Source: Thainema sp.
GTDB lineage: Bacteria > Cyanobacteriota > Cyanobacteriia > Phormidesmidales > Phormidesmidaceae
NCBI GenBank assembly: GCA_052168235.1
Contig: JBQLZK010000005.1
Location: 32,001 to 96,000, forward strand
Direction: 5' to 3'
Length of the DNA stretch: 64,000 nt
Positions within the stretch are counted from its first letter, which is position 1; each line of letters starts with the position of its first letter. Below the pieces are notes generated by a model. It made no database searches. It was given only the letters and a program-made list of their open reading frames with translations, and had not been told where the DNA came from. The translations under genes were made by a program, and so were the position numbers. Positions 32,346 to 41,643 of the stretch are shown here, in pieces.

Positions 32346-32765
32346 CTATTGCGTACCCAACCAGCGCTGATAAAGCTTACGAACAGCTTTCAGCACCGAT
32401 TCATGGGCGGTGGGCGGAGTACTGCTACTTGGATCGAGATTTTGAATACGGCTGAGCAGCTTGGCTTCTTCCACAGCCATTTCGCCATCGCTGTAAACTA
32501 AAGCACTGGTCGCTTCAATCAGCTGCTGACAAGCCTGAGAACTGGGATGATCGCCTAGGTATTCTCGCACCCAGCCATAGCATTCCTCGGGTTTAACAGT
32601 GACCAATTCATACAGCAATGGGCGAATGTCTGGATCGTCGGTTAGTCCTTGTTCTGCGGCAATTCGCTGGAGATACTGTCGCTCTTCAGGCTGAATGCGA
32701 CCATCAATCCAGGCCGCACCCACCAAGATTTTGAATAGTTTTTTGGTTTGGGTCGATTGAGTCAT
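32346..32765 (-). CDS. TerB-family protein
   Basis: ILVGAAWIDGRIQPEE...LVYSDGEMAVEE repeated DG motifs. Confidence 0.85.
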   Translation of the reverse strand: MTQSTQTKKLFKILVGAAWIDGRIQPEERQYLQRIAAEQGLTDDPDIRPLLYELVTVKPEECYGWVREYLGDHPSSQACQQLIEATSALVYSDGEMAVEEAKLLSRIQNLDPSSSTPPTAHESVLKAVRKLYQRWLGTQ

Positions 32766-33076
32766 GCTGATATGCGATCGCAGATCCACGTTACGAGCAT
32801 TGTGTTCTAAATCGTAGCTTGTAACGGCTGGATTACGTTGTCGAGTCTCAGCCCATCAATAGATACATGTCTGTGGGACTCAATCCTGCAAAGCGATACA
32901 GACGCGCTTCCAATCAAGCAGCGCAACAAATCTTAAAATATTAAATCTGCGTTAAGAATCTTGGGCTGCAGGTCATCATATGATGTCAAAACGATAGGAC
33001 AGCACGAATCTATCCGCAGAGTCAAATCCAAATTAGATATATTAAGAAGGATAAGCGTTTTTGTTTTGGAGCGATT

Positions 33077-33820
33077 ATGGTAGGCAACCTCGCTCAGGCT
33101 TCTGCTTTTCCCAGACCTAAAGCGCAGGGTGCTGTCAAGCTAGAGCAGTTGTTTCGGACCGTCAATGCGGAAAGTTGCCCTCGGGTCTACAACTTCCACA
33201 TGCATACCGTTTGTTCAGACGGACAGCTGGAACCAGAAGCCTTGATGCAGCAAGCAGTTGATTTGAACCTGCAAGATATTGCGATTACCGATCACCACAC
33301 GATCGTAGGCTATCAGCGAGCCAAGTTGTGGTGTGAAGATTGGCAATGGCGGAATCCGTCCCGCCGATTTGGTCGTGATAAATCGCGATCGCGATCGATT
33401 CCCAGACTGTGGCCTGGGGTCGAAATCAATGCTGGATTGCTGAACACCGAAGTTCACATTTTGGGCTATGCCTTTCATATTGATCATCCCAGCATTCAAC
33501 CCTATCTACAACGTCATGCCCGCCACCGCAATGATCCGCTTTATGCTGCCGAAAACGTGATTGCCGGTATCCAAGAAGCGGGCGGTCTTGCCGTTTTGGC
33601 CCATCCGGTGCGGTATCGACGTTCTCCTGAAGATTTGGTGCGGGAAGCGGTGCGATTTGGCATTGATGGAGTCGAAACCTATTACGCCTACGACAATCCA
33701 GCGATTTGGCGACCGAGCCCACAGCGTACGGAGCGCATGGAGCAGCTTGCTCAGCGTTACGACCTATTGAGTACCTGTGGCACAGATACCCACGGTAAGA
33801 ATTTACTGCGTCGCCTGTAA
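33077..33820 (+). CDS. PHP-domain metal-dependent phosphoesterase
   Basis: HMHTVCSDG, ITDHH, HILGY, LAHP, GTDTHG. Confidence 0.92.
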   Translation: MVGNLAQASAFPRPKAQGAVKLEQLFRTVNAESCPRVYNFHMHTVCSDGQLEPEALMQQAVDLNLQDIAITDHHTIVGYQRAKLWCEDWQWRNPSRRFGRDKSRSRSIPRLWPGVEINAGLLNTEVHILGYAFHIDHPSIQPYLQRHARHRNDPLYAAENVIAGIQEAGGLAVLAHPVRYRRSPEDLVREAVRFGIDGVETYYAYDNPAIWRPSPQRTERMEQLAQRYDLLSTCGTDTHGKNLLRRL

Positions 33821-33929
33821 AGAAGATCTAAAGAATGAGTTCTTGAGTTCTATAGAATGTTGATCGAGTAGATCGAGTACCTCAGAAGAGACTCCAAAAC
33901 GGTCACACAAACAAAAACGCTCAGACTGC

Positions 33930-33960
33930 AAGCGCTGCTCCTATCCAGGGGCAGCGCTTA
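33930..33960. terminator. Hairpin between the PHP gene and the convergent small ORF
   Basis: AAGCGCTGCTCC-TATCCA-GGGGCAGCGCTT. Confidence 0.6.
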
Positions 33961-34169
33961 ACTTTTGGGTTGATTTTTTTAGATTGACTTAGATTGACTG
34001 TTGCGGTGCTAAACAACCGTAAACTTGAAATGCTTTACCCCAATAGGATTTCCAACACCAGCAGGGGACTTGATTGGGAAAACAGGAGAAGAAGGTAGAG
34101 GGCTTGTTCGACAATCTTCTCCCATAGCTTGTTCTATTTCTGTATGCTTTCCGCGTTTTTGCTGATTAG

Positions 34170-34286
34170 CTAAACCGCACCGGATTGAGTTGCCAAAAGG
34201 CCGATTACGCCCAAACTAGTGACAAGCAGTAGTCCACCGAATAGGAGTGACTGCCCTAGCGTTTTTTGCGTTTGAGTAACTTTCAT
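34170..34286 (-). CDS. Unannotated 38-aa hydrophobic peptide
   Basis: MKVTQTQKTLGQSLLFGGLLLVTSLGVIGLLATQSGAV*; GAGG 5 nt upstream of ATG; one TM-like stretch. Confidence 0.6.
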   Translation of the reverse strand: MKVTQTQKTLGQSLLFGGLLLVTSLGVIGLLATQSGAV

Positions 34287-34710
34287 CTCAACCTCAGTAA
34301 TTTCTCGTATAGGTTGATACTAAAAATACCAATATTTATCGGAACACAACTTCATGTAACGTAAAACACATAAAACCTTACGCTGCGTTACCTTTGGCGA
34401 GAGTTGTCTCTGACGAATATGTTGCTGCATATTACAAACCGATGGGTGAGTCCAATTACCTGAACTAGTTCTCGCTTGTGGTGAGTATTGGGTGCTGTGG
34501 TGAGTACTGGGTGATAGTACTGCGATCTCAATTCCGTCGGCTAAGGCAAGTCATTAGACCCTAACAGCCGGAGATGGAACGACTGGCAATGGATAGAGAA
34601 CCGTTTTATAAACAGTAAAGAATTGGTTAGAAGGGTGTGCGACTCAATTACTAGATCTTAGGCTGTAAAAAGTTTTCGTACATTTCCCGTCATTCATACC
34701 GCAAACGTTC

Positions 34711-36450
34711 ATGACTCAAACGTCTTCTCGGAATTCTCATCGTTCTCAAGGTTGGCAGCTAGCTGGTGTGCGCTGGCTCAAATGGTTGGTTCTGTTTGGC
34801 TCATCTGCGATCGCACTACCTGCGATCGCATCCTCCCTGACCTCCTCAACTGGAGAAAGCGGAATTAATGCACAACGGCTCCATGCCGAACCCTACAACC
34901 TCACAGGAGCCAAAATTGGTTTGGGGCAAGTTGAAATTGGCCGTCCAGGTTTATTTGGGCTCGATAAAGTGGTACCTGGAATGCCCGTAGTCAGCGTGAG
35001 TCGCGTCTTTTTTCGAGATAGCCGACCCGATGCCAATCAGGGTGTAGATTCTCATGCGGCTCACGTGGCTGGAGTCATGATCAGTGACGACAAGATGTTG
35101 GTGGGAGTTGCGCCAGGCGCACGCCTCTACTCTGCGGCAGTTGGTTCCCTGCGGCGCAGCGGTCAGCCGGAAGAGTGCCTGTCGTCGCAACATGTGGCAA
35201 TGCAAAACGGTGGCGACGTGCGCGCCATCAACTTCAGTTTTGGTGAACCGCTCTACCGCGATCCCCGCAGCGATGCGGTTCTGGATGGTAATGCACTCTT
35301 AACTCAGTGTATTGACTGGTCTAGCCGGGTTCACGATGTTCTATATGTCATTGCGGGGAATCAAGGCCGAGGCGGAATTCCGATTCCAACGGACAACTAC
35401 AACGGCTTAAATGTGGCCTATTCCGCGCGTGTGAATGGTGTGTTTAACAAAGTGGATTTTGCCAACTTAGGCAGTGAACCGGATCCGGTGCTGACCCAAG
35501 CTCCTCGTTCGGAAAGTAACGTCGGAGCGCGGCGTTCGATTGGGATTGTGGCTCCCGGTAATCAAATTGAACTGATCGATGCGGATGGCTCCGTTCGTGT
35601 GGCCAGCGGGAGCAGCTTTGCTGCGCCCCACGTTGCGGCTACAGTGGCACTGATTCAGGAATATGGCGATCGCCAGTTAGCTAGCCAAATACCGGGCTGG
35701 ACGCTAGATGCTCGCGAACCACAGGTGAGTAAGGCGGTGCTGATGAATTCGGCAAATAAATTAGAAGATACAGGCGATGGTCTAAACCTGGGCATGGATC
35801 GGACAGTAAGAACCGAAAGGAACCGCGACTGGACAGTTTCAGATGCCTTTCGTGATAGCCGAATTCCGCTGCATGATGAATTGGGCACTGGGCAACTCGA
35901 TGCGTTTCGCGCCTATGAACAGTTCAGTGCTGGCCAGTGGTCATCCGATACGCCAGTCCCCGTGCGGGGTTGGGACTACTCAACCGTCGGTCTAGAAGCC
36001 GATACGGCGGAGTACCAGGACTACGAAATTGAAGTGCCGCTACAGGCGAACAGCTATTTTTCAGCGACACTCACGTGGGATCGGCTAGTCGAGTTGCAGG
36101 ATGACAACAACAATGGGCTGTATGATCTGGGCGAAACATTCCGCGATCGCGGTTTAAATAACCTCGATTTGTATCTCATGCGAGCGGAAGACGACGATAT
36201 CGACGATGCGGTTTGGGCTTCCAATAGCAGTGTTGATAGTGCTGAGCATATCTTTTTCCAGGTTCCAGAAACCGGACGCTATAAGCTTCGTGTCGTTTAC
36301 TCTACGCGGCTCAATGATTCAACCCAGGATTATGCGCTGGCTTGGTGGGGCGCAACAGAAGGAGCACGAGACGAAACTGTTGAGGAAGGAACTGTTGAGG
36401 AAGGAACTGTTGAGGAAGAGATAATAGAAGAAGAAACAATAGAGGAATAG
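34711..36450 (+). CDS. S8-family serine peptidase, secreted, with acidic tail
   Basis: Signal peptide; DSHAAHVAG, AGN, GSSFAAPHVA; GQVEIG at the usual Asp position. Confidence 0.85.
   Translation: MTQTSSRNSHRSQGWQLAGVRWLKWLVLFGSSAIALPAIASSLTSSTGESGINAQRLHAEPYNLTGAKIGLGQVEIGRPGLFGLDKVVPGMPVVSVSRVFFRDSRPDANQGVDSHAAHVAGVMISDDKMLVGVAPGARLYSAAVGSLRRSGQPEECLSSQHVAMQNGGDVRAINFSFGEPLYRDPRSDAVLDGNALLTQCIDWSSRVHDVLYVIAGNQGRGGIPIPTDNYNGLNVAYSARVNGVFNKVDFANLGSEPDPVLTQAPRSESNVGARRSIGIVAPGNQIELIDADGSVRVASGSSFAAPHVAATVALIQEYGDRQLASQIPGWTLDAREPQVSKAVLMNSANKLEDTGDGLNLGMDRTVRTERNRDWTVSDAFRDSRIPLHDELGTGQLDAFRAYEQFSAGQWSSDTPVPVRGWDYSTVGLEADTAEYQDYEIEVPLQANSYFSATLTWDRLVELQDDNNNGLYDLGETFRDRGLNNLDLYLMRAEDDDIDDAVWASNSSVDSAEHIFFQVPETGRYKLRVVYSTRLNDSTQDYALAWWGATEGARDETVEEGTVEEGTVEEEIIEEETIEE
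36373..36417 (+). repeat. 15-bp tandem repeat x3 in the peptidase tail
   Basis: GAAACTGTTGAGGAA GGAACTGTTGAGGAA GGAACTGTTGAGGAA (E/G-TVEE). Confidence 0.9.
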
Positions 36451-36481
36451 AACCCTAAGCATCTCGCCCCCCCCTTAGCAT

Positions 36482-36514
36482 CAAAGCTGGGTAGAAGGAA
36501 CGCTCCCAGCTTTG
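36482..36514. terminator. Hairpin downstream of the peptidase
   Basis: CAAAGCTGGG...CCCAGCTTTG 10-bp stem. Confidence 0.55.
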
Positions 36515-36598
36515 GCCACTAATCGACTGGGCTGGAAGACACCAGTCCTCAGCACTTACAGGGCATGAAGAGCGGGGTTGAATTTCGATTTATAGCAT

Positions 36599-36700
36599 TA
36601 GCCGCAAGTCGCCTTGGTTAGGAGATTGGGAAACTCTGAAAACGTTCAAACGTTTAAATATTGGATTTCGTAAATATCTCAATCAAAGCGGCGACGGCTA
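36599..36700. mobile_element. Degenerate MITE-like element
   Basis: TAGCCG(CAA)GTCGCC...GGCGACGGCTA imperfect terminal inverted repeats. Confidence 0.5.
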
Positions 36701-36782
36701 CAACTCAGCCTTAGTCAACGCTCCTCACACTTCACACGCACGCCTGATTACGCAGAACACGCTCGTAGCTATCGTCTCAACT

Positions 36783-37142
36783 ATGACTAATCCGTTTCCT
36801 GACCCCGATGATGCACCTGACATCTATCGGCTAAAGTTCTTTTTCTACCTCGTGCCGGTTTTGGGATTTTTTCCGGCTCTGTGGACGCTCTATCAAAAAC
36901 AAGGAACGCGTCAAGAACGAGAGATCAGCCGCACGGCAGTGACATTGGCATTAGGCTGGGTGTTAAGTTATACCGTATTAAACACAGGGGCACAGGCTAG
37001 TGAATCCCTAACGCTACCGCTGCTGATTACTAGCAGTTTGGTTACGTCAGGCTATTTTGTGACGAACTTTTGGTTAATGGTGCGTCTTTTGCAACGTAAG
37101 CCAGTTCATTTACCTGGTCGGGGTCGGCATCGCGATCGCTGA
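36783..37142 (+). CDS. Hypothetical membrane protein
   Basis: YLVPVLGFFPALWTLY; three hydrophobic segments. Confidence 0.75.
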   Translation: MTNPFPDPDDAPDIYRLKFFFYLVPVLGFFPALWTLYQKQGTRQEREISRTAVTLALGWVLSYTVLNTGAQASESLTLPLLITSSLVTSGYFVTNFWLMVRLLQRKPVHLPGRGRHRDR

Positions 37143-37472
37143 TGGGCACTGATTAGCATCGCCAAACCAGGATTATTTACGATTGTTACAATCAACCATC
37201 ACGATTGCAAAATCATAATCATAAGCTTGCGATCTCTCAAAAGATTGCTAAGATGGCGGCTGAAATTTGCAATGTATCTGAGCCCGAAAATGCTTTACGT
37301 AAAGAATAATCAGATCCGAGTCACTTGGTTGGAAGGTGACGGCTTGCTGTCGGGTGCATGTAGGTATAGGTTGGGTGCGATCGCAGATCTTGAAGATTAT
37401 TGATAAATCAGTTGATTCTTTTAACCGTAGCGGATCTATTATTGTTTGACTTAGCACGTACTGAGGCGACCT

Positions 37473-38930
37473 GTGACTAACTCAAAGTCCAACAAAGCAC
37501 GACAGTCCCCGAAAACCTCACCATCTTCGAAGTCCACATCGGCCAAAGGGAGAAAATCCCCTCAACAGTCCCCAAAAGGCCCCAAGCTCCTGCGCTGGGC
37601 GACTTTAATGGTTGGACTAGCCGGAGTAGCAGTTGTTTCTGCTACCGCTGGCGCTTTGTTGGCCGTCTCACTGTCCAGTACACCCCTGCTGCAGAGTAAT
37701 CTCACCCCAGAGGAAGAAGAAGTCTTTAATCAGGGAGACGACATCGCCTCAAACTCAACACTACGTCTGCCTAAGCTGACCCGACCCGTCAATATTTTGG
37801 TGCTGGGCATTAAAGTGATCAGCTCCGAAACCGACAACCCACCACCGGAAGTTCAAAACCTCGGTTATCACGCCTTGGTGAACTCATTTGATGGACTGTC
37901 GGATACAATGCTGCTCATCCGATTTGATCCTCGCGACGAAAAGCTAACTATCCTCTCGATTCCCCGCGATACGCGCACCTGGGTTGATGGGCTCGGAACG
38001 ACCAAAATCAACGAGGCAAATTACTACGGTGGCCCTGCTCTCAGCGCTCGTAGCATCAGTGAACTCCTCGGTGATGTTCCCATTGATCGCTATGTACGGA
38101 TCAATGTGCAGGGCGTCGAAAAGCTGATTGATGCATTGGGCGGCGTAACTATTAATGTGCCGACAGAAATGCGCTATCAAGACGATAGTCAGCACCTTTA
38201 TATTAATCTGCAGCCCGGCGAGCAAAAGCTAGATGGCGATAAGGCCATGCAGTTTTTGCGCTTTCGTTATGACGAGTATGGGGATGTCGGTCGAGTTCAG
38301 CGTCAGCAAATGCTGATGCGTGCCCTTGTGGAACAAAGCCTGAACCCCAAGACAATTGCCCGAATTCCTAAAATTCTCTCCGTCATCCAGTCTCATGTAG
38401 ACACTAATCTCAGCGTAGAAGAATTGGTCGCTTTAGTCGGATTCGCTTCACAAGTGGATCATGCCGATAACCAAATGCTGATGCTACCAGGTGAGTTCAG
38501 TTCACCCAGCGAGTTTGAGCTGAGCTACTGGCTACCCAACTATCAGCGGATTGATGAAATTGTGGATCAGTATCTTCGCTACGGCTCTTCCTCTCAGATA
38601 GCCGTGAGTCCAAGCTATCTCCGCATTGCCGTTCAAGACAGCACCCGTCGTACAGCTGCTGTTGATCGGCTCATGGATAAACTTTATGACGGCGGCTACA
38701 CCGGCATTGAAATCGGTGAGCGCTGGCAAGAGCGGCTTGAAACAACTCAAATCATCGCCCAGCAAGGTGACGTTGCGAGTGCTGAAATGGTGCAACGCTA
38801 TTTGGGATTTGGCGAAGTTCGAGTTGAAAGCACTGGCACGCTTCAATCAGACATTACGATTAAACTGGGACAAGATTGGCTAGAGCAAAATCCCGATTTA
38901 AAGCCTTCTGATCAATACTTGGGTGATTAA
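37473..38930 (+). CDS. LCP (LytR-CpsA-Psr) family protein with LytR C-terminal domain
   Basis: NILVLG, SDTML, SIPRDT, KINEA, RFRYD, DVGRVQRQQ, DITIKLGQD. Confidence 0.93.
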   Translation: MTNSKSNKARQSPKTSPSSKSTSAKGRKSPQQSPKGPKLLRWATLMVGLAGVAVVSATAGALLAVSLSSTPLLQSNLTPEEEEVFNQGDDIASNSTLRLPKLTRPVNILVLGIKVISSETDNPPPEVQNLGYHALVNSFDGLSDTMLLIRFDPRDEKLTILSIPRDTRTWVDGLGTTKINEANYYGGPALSARSISELLGDVPIDRYVRINVQGVEKLIDALGGVTINVPTEMRYQDDSQHLYINLQPGEQKLDGDKAMQFLRFRYDEYGDVGRVQRQQMLMRALVEQSLNPKTIARIPKILSVIQSHVDTNLSVEELVALVGFASQVDHADNQMLMLPGEFSSPSEFELSYWLPNYQRIDEIVDQYLRYGSSSQIAVSPSYLRIAVQDSTRRTAAVDRLMDKLYDGGYTGIEIGERWQERLETTQIIAQQGDVASAEMVQRYLGFGEVRVESTGTLQSDITIKLGQDWLEQNPDLKPSDQYLGD

Positions 38931-38992
38931 TCAACCTGTCGGCTCATGGCGCACCTCTCTGCTGTCAACACTGATCTTGGATAAGTTTGTCC

Positions 38993-39025
38993 GTCAGTAT
39001 CGGCACAATCCGCGCTGATACTGAC
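38993..39025 (+). terminator. Hairpin after the LCP gene
   Basis: GTCAGTATCGGC...GCTGATACTGAC. Confidence 0.45.
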
Positions 39026-39264
39026 AAATCAATGTGGCAGCGGCTACTCAAAACTGACTTTTCAGACCTATCTCGCTCCAAATTTTGGTGGCTAGGCGGT
39101 ATTACGGCAGTCGAATGTAAAACGTAAAAATTAGGCTTTGGCTTGAGCAGCAAATCGTGTAAGGGCACACATCTGCTTATTTATTGCGTTTCCGAAAAAT
39201 TGGTCAACTCAACTGTTGGATGTAGGTTAAGCTGTGCATCACGCACATTGTTCTTTTCTCCGTC

Positions 39265-40215
39265 ATGACTGTCCAGAGCGAAACGATTAATCAGATTGGT
39301 CGTGCCCTTAGCAAAGTGGTTGTAGGGCAATCGGTTTTGGTTCAACAACTTCTTGTGGCTTTGCTCTGTGGCGGCCATGTCATCCTTGAAGGCGTGCCGG
39401 GAACGGGAAAAACGCTCACGGTAAAAGTTTTGGCCAAGCTGATTCAGGCCGACTTTCGCCGCATTCAGCTCACGCCCGATATTTTGCCATCGGATATCTT
39501 GGGCACTAATATTTTTGACTTGAATAGCCGGACGTTTACCCTCAAGCAGGGGCCAATCTTTACGGAGGTGCTGCTGGCGGATGAGATTAACCGCACGCCG
39601 CCCAAAACTCAGGCGGCACTCTTGGAGGCGATGGAAGAACAGCAGGTGACGCTGGATGGCAAAAGTTCGCCGCTGCCGGATTTGTTCTGGGTGATTGCGA
39701 CGCAGAACTCGCTGGAATTCGAAGGCACCTATCCATTACCAGAGGCGCAGCTTGATCGGTTTCTGTTTAAGCTGATTGTGGACTATCCCGATCAGGCCGA
39801 TGAAAAGCGGATGTTGCTGAATGTGCAAAAGGGATTTGAGGCCAAACGAATGAATATTGGTCGATTGGAATCCATTGTCAGTGTCGAGCAAATTTTGGCG
39901 GCGCGAAAAGAAGTGCGCCAAGTGCAGGTGCAGGACAATTTGATTGACTATCTGCTGGAAATTGTGCGCCGCTCGCGCCAGCATCCTGATTTGCTGCTGG
40001 GGCCATCGCCCCGTTCAGCGGTGTCTTGGCTACAGGCTAGTAAAGCCCAAGCGTGGCTGTGCGATCGCAACTTTGTCACCCCCGACGATATTAAAGCCGT
40101 CGCTAATCCTCTCTTACGCCACCGGCTAATTCTCAATCCCGAATCCCAACTGGACGGGGTGCAAATTGAAACGGTAATTACGTCATTATTAGAACAGGTC
40201 GCCGTTCCCCGCTGA
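39265..40215 (+). CDS. MoxR-family AAA+ ATPase
   Basis: EGVPGTGKT, RIQLTPDILPSD, LADEINRTPPKTQ, PLPEAQLDRF. Confidence 0.95.
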   Translation: MTVQSETINQIGRALSKVVVGQSVLVQQLLVALLCGGHVILEGVPGTGKTLTVKVLAKLIQADFRRIQLTPDILPSDILGTNIFDLNSRTFTLKQGPIFTEVLLADEINRTPPKTQAALLEAMEEQQVTLDGKSSPLPDLFWVIATQNSLEFEGTYPLPEAQLDRFLFKLIVDYPDQADEKRMLLNVQKGFEAKRMNIGRLESIVSVEQILAARKEVRQVQVQDNLIDYLLEIVRRSRQHPDLLLGPSPRSAVSWLQASKAQAWLCDRNFVTPDDIKAVANPLLRHRLILNPESQLDGVQIETVITSLLEQVAVPR

Positions 40216-40299
40216 TCCTTGATTATGTTGTTGGAACTGTGTGCGTTGCACACAGTTCCAACAACAAGAATGGTTTTTACAGTAGGAGAAATATGTAGG

Positions 40300-41619
40300 A
40301 TGATTCCCGCTGCTCGCCTGTACTGGTTTTTATTGCTCAGTGGTGCGATCGCAACTGCGGTTTCGGTCTTTGTGGAGTCGAGTTTGCGCCTTCAGTTTGG
40401 CATTGTGGTGCTGCTGTTCATTGATAGCATCCTACTGCTGCTGAGTTGGTGGGATAGCGTGCAGGTGCGTAGCCAGCGGGTTGAGGTTCAGCGCCAGCCT
40501 TTGCAGCGCTTATCAATTGGGCGGGACAACAAAATTGAGCTGACGATTAAAACGGCTCAGCAACCAGCAACTTTAGAAATCTATGACCTCTATCCGGCGG
40601 AGTTTCACGTTTCGGCCATGCCGCTGCGGGTAATCGTTCCGGCTAACGCGACGGAAACCGTTACCTTTACTGTTTTTCCTGACCATCGCGGCGAATATCA
40701 GTGGGGCGATATTCAGGTGCGACAGCTTGGAGCTTGGGGCTTGGGCTGGCACGCCTGGACGGTTCCGCAGGCTCAAACCGTAGCGGTTTATCCGGATCTA
40801 ATTGGGTTGCGATCGCTCACTATTAAGCTAGCCATTCAGTCTACCGGATCGATTCGTCAAGCTAAACGGTTGGGCGTTGGCACTGAGTTTACCGAACTGC
40901 GCGAATATGCCATTGGCGACGATCCGCGCTTTATTGACTGGAAAGCCACCGCTCGCCGCAGCCAGCCGCTAATTCGAGTGCTGGAGCCGGAGCAAGAGCA
41001 AACGCTGATTATTCTGCTGGATCGGGGCCGCTTAATGACGGCAAAGGTGAAGGAAATCTCACGGTTTGACTGGGGACTGAACGCTACGCTTTCCCTGGCT
41101 TTGGCCGGACTGCACCGGGGCGATCGGGTTGGGGTTGGGGTTTTCGATCGCCAGCTTCACACCTGGATTCCGCCCACGCGCGGACAGCAGCATTTACCCA
41201 AGCTGATTGAGCGCCTGACGCCGATTCAGCCGGAACTGGTGGAGTCGGACTATCTCAGTGCGGTGACGACGGTGGTGAACCAGCAGCATCGGCGGGCGCT
41301 AGTGGTGATTCTGACGGATCTAGTGGATAAGACCGCGTCGGCAGAACTACTCTCGGCCTTGGTACGCTTGCGTCCGCGCTACCTGCCGTTTTGCGTCACC
41401 CTGCGCGACCCGCAGGTGGATGTGCGTGCCCATGAGCTAACGGATGAGATTGAAGCCACTTACACGCGTGCGGTAGCGCTGGATCTGATTGCTCAGCGCC
41501 AGCTCGTATTTCAGCAGCTCAAGCGCAAGGGTGTGATGGTACTGGACGCCCCAGCGGATCGGATTACAGATGAATTGGTGGAGTCGTATTTGCGGATCAA
41601 GAGCCGCAGTCGGCTATAG
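40300..41619 (+). CDS. DUF58 (VWA-like) MoxR partner
   Basis: GTEFTELREY, GDDPRFIDWKATAR, LLDRGRLM, LTD. Confidence 0.92.
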   Translation: MIPAARLYWFLLLSGAIATAVSVFVESSLRLQFGIVVLLFIDSILLLLSWWDSVQVRSQRVEVQRQPLQRLSIGRDNKIELTIKTAQQPATLEIYDLYPAEFHVSAMPLRVIVPANATETVTFTVFPDHRGEYQWGDIQVRQLGAWGLGWHAWTVPQAQTVAVYPDLIGLRSLTIKLAIQSTGSIRQAKRLGVGTEFTELREYAIGDDPRFIDWKATARRSQPLIRVLEPEQEQTLIILLDRGRLMTAKVKEISRFDWGLNATLSLALAGLHRGDRVGVGVFDRQLHTWIPPTRGQQHLPKLIERLTPIQPELVESDYLSAVTTVVNQQHRRALVVILTDLVDKTASAELLSALVRLRPRYLPFCVTLRDPQVDVRAHELTDEIEATYTRAVALDLIAQRQLVFQQLKRKGVMVLDAPADRITDELVESYLRIKSRSRL

Positions 41620-41643
41620 GTCAGCGTTTAGTTTTTTCAGCGT

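Noticed and set aside
34008..34124. Second 38-codon minus-strand ORF (MGEDCRTSPLPSS...)
   Set aside because: No clear RBS; coincides with hairpins, so better explained as structured RNA
34355..34370. NtcA/CRP-like site TGTAACGTAAAACACA
   Set aside because: One arm is imperfect and I found no -10 box at canonical spacing toward the small ORF
36373..36417. Possible CRISPR-like repeats
   Set aside because: Tandem, no spacers, inside a CDS; no cas genes in the window
36720..36760. Yfr1 gene
   Set aside because: Core motif only; lacks the flanking stem and terminator
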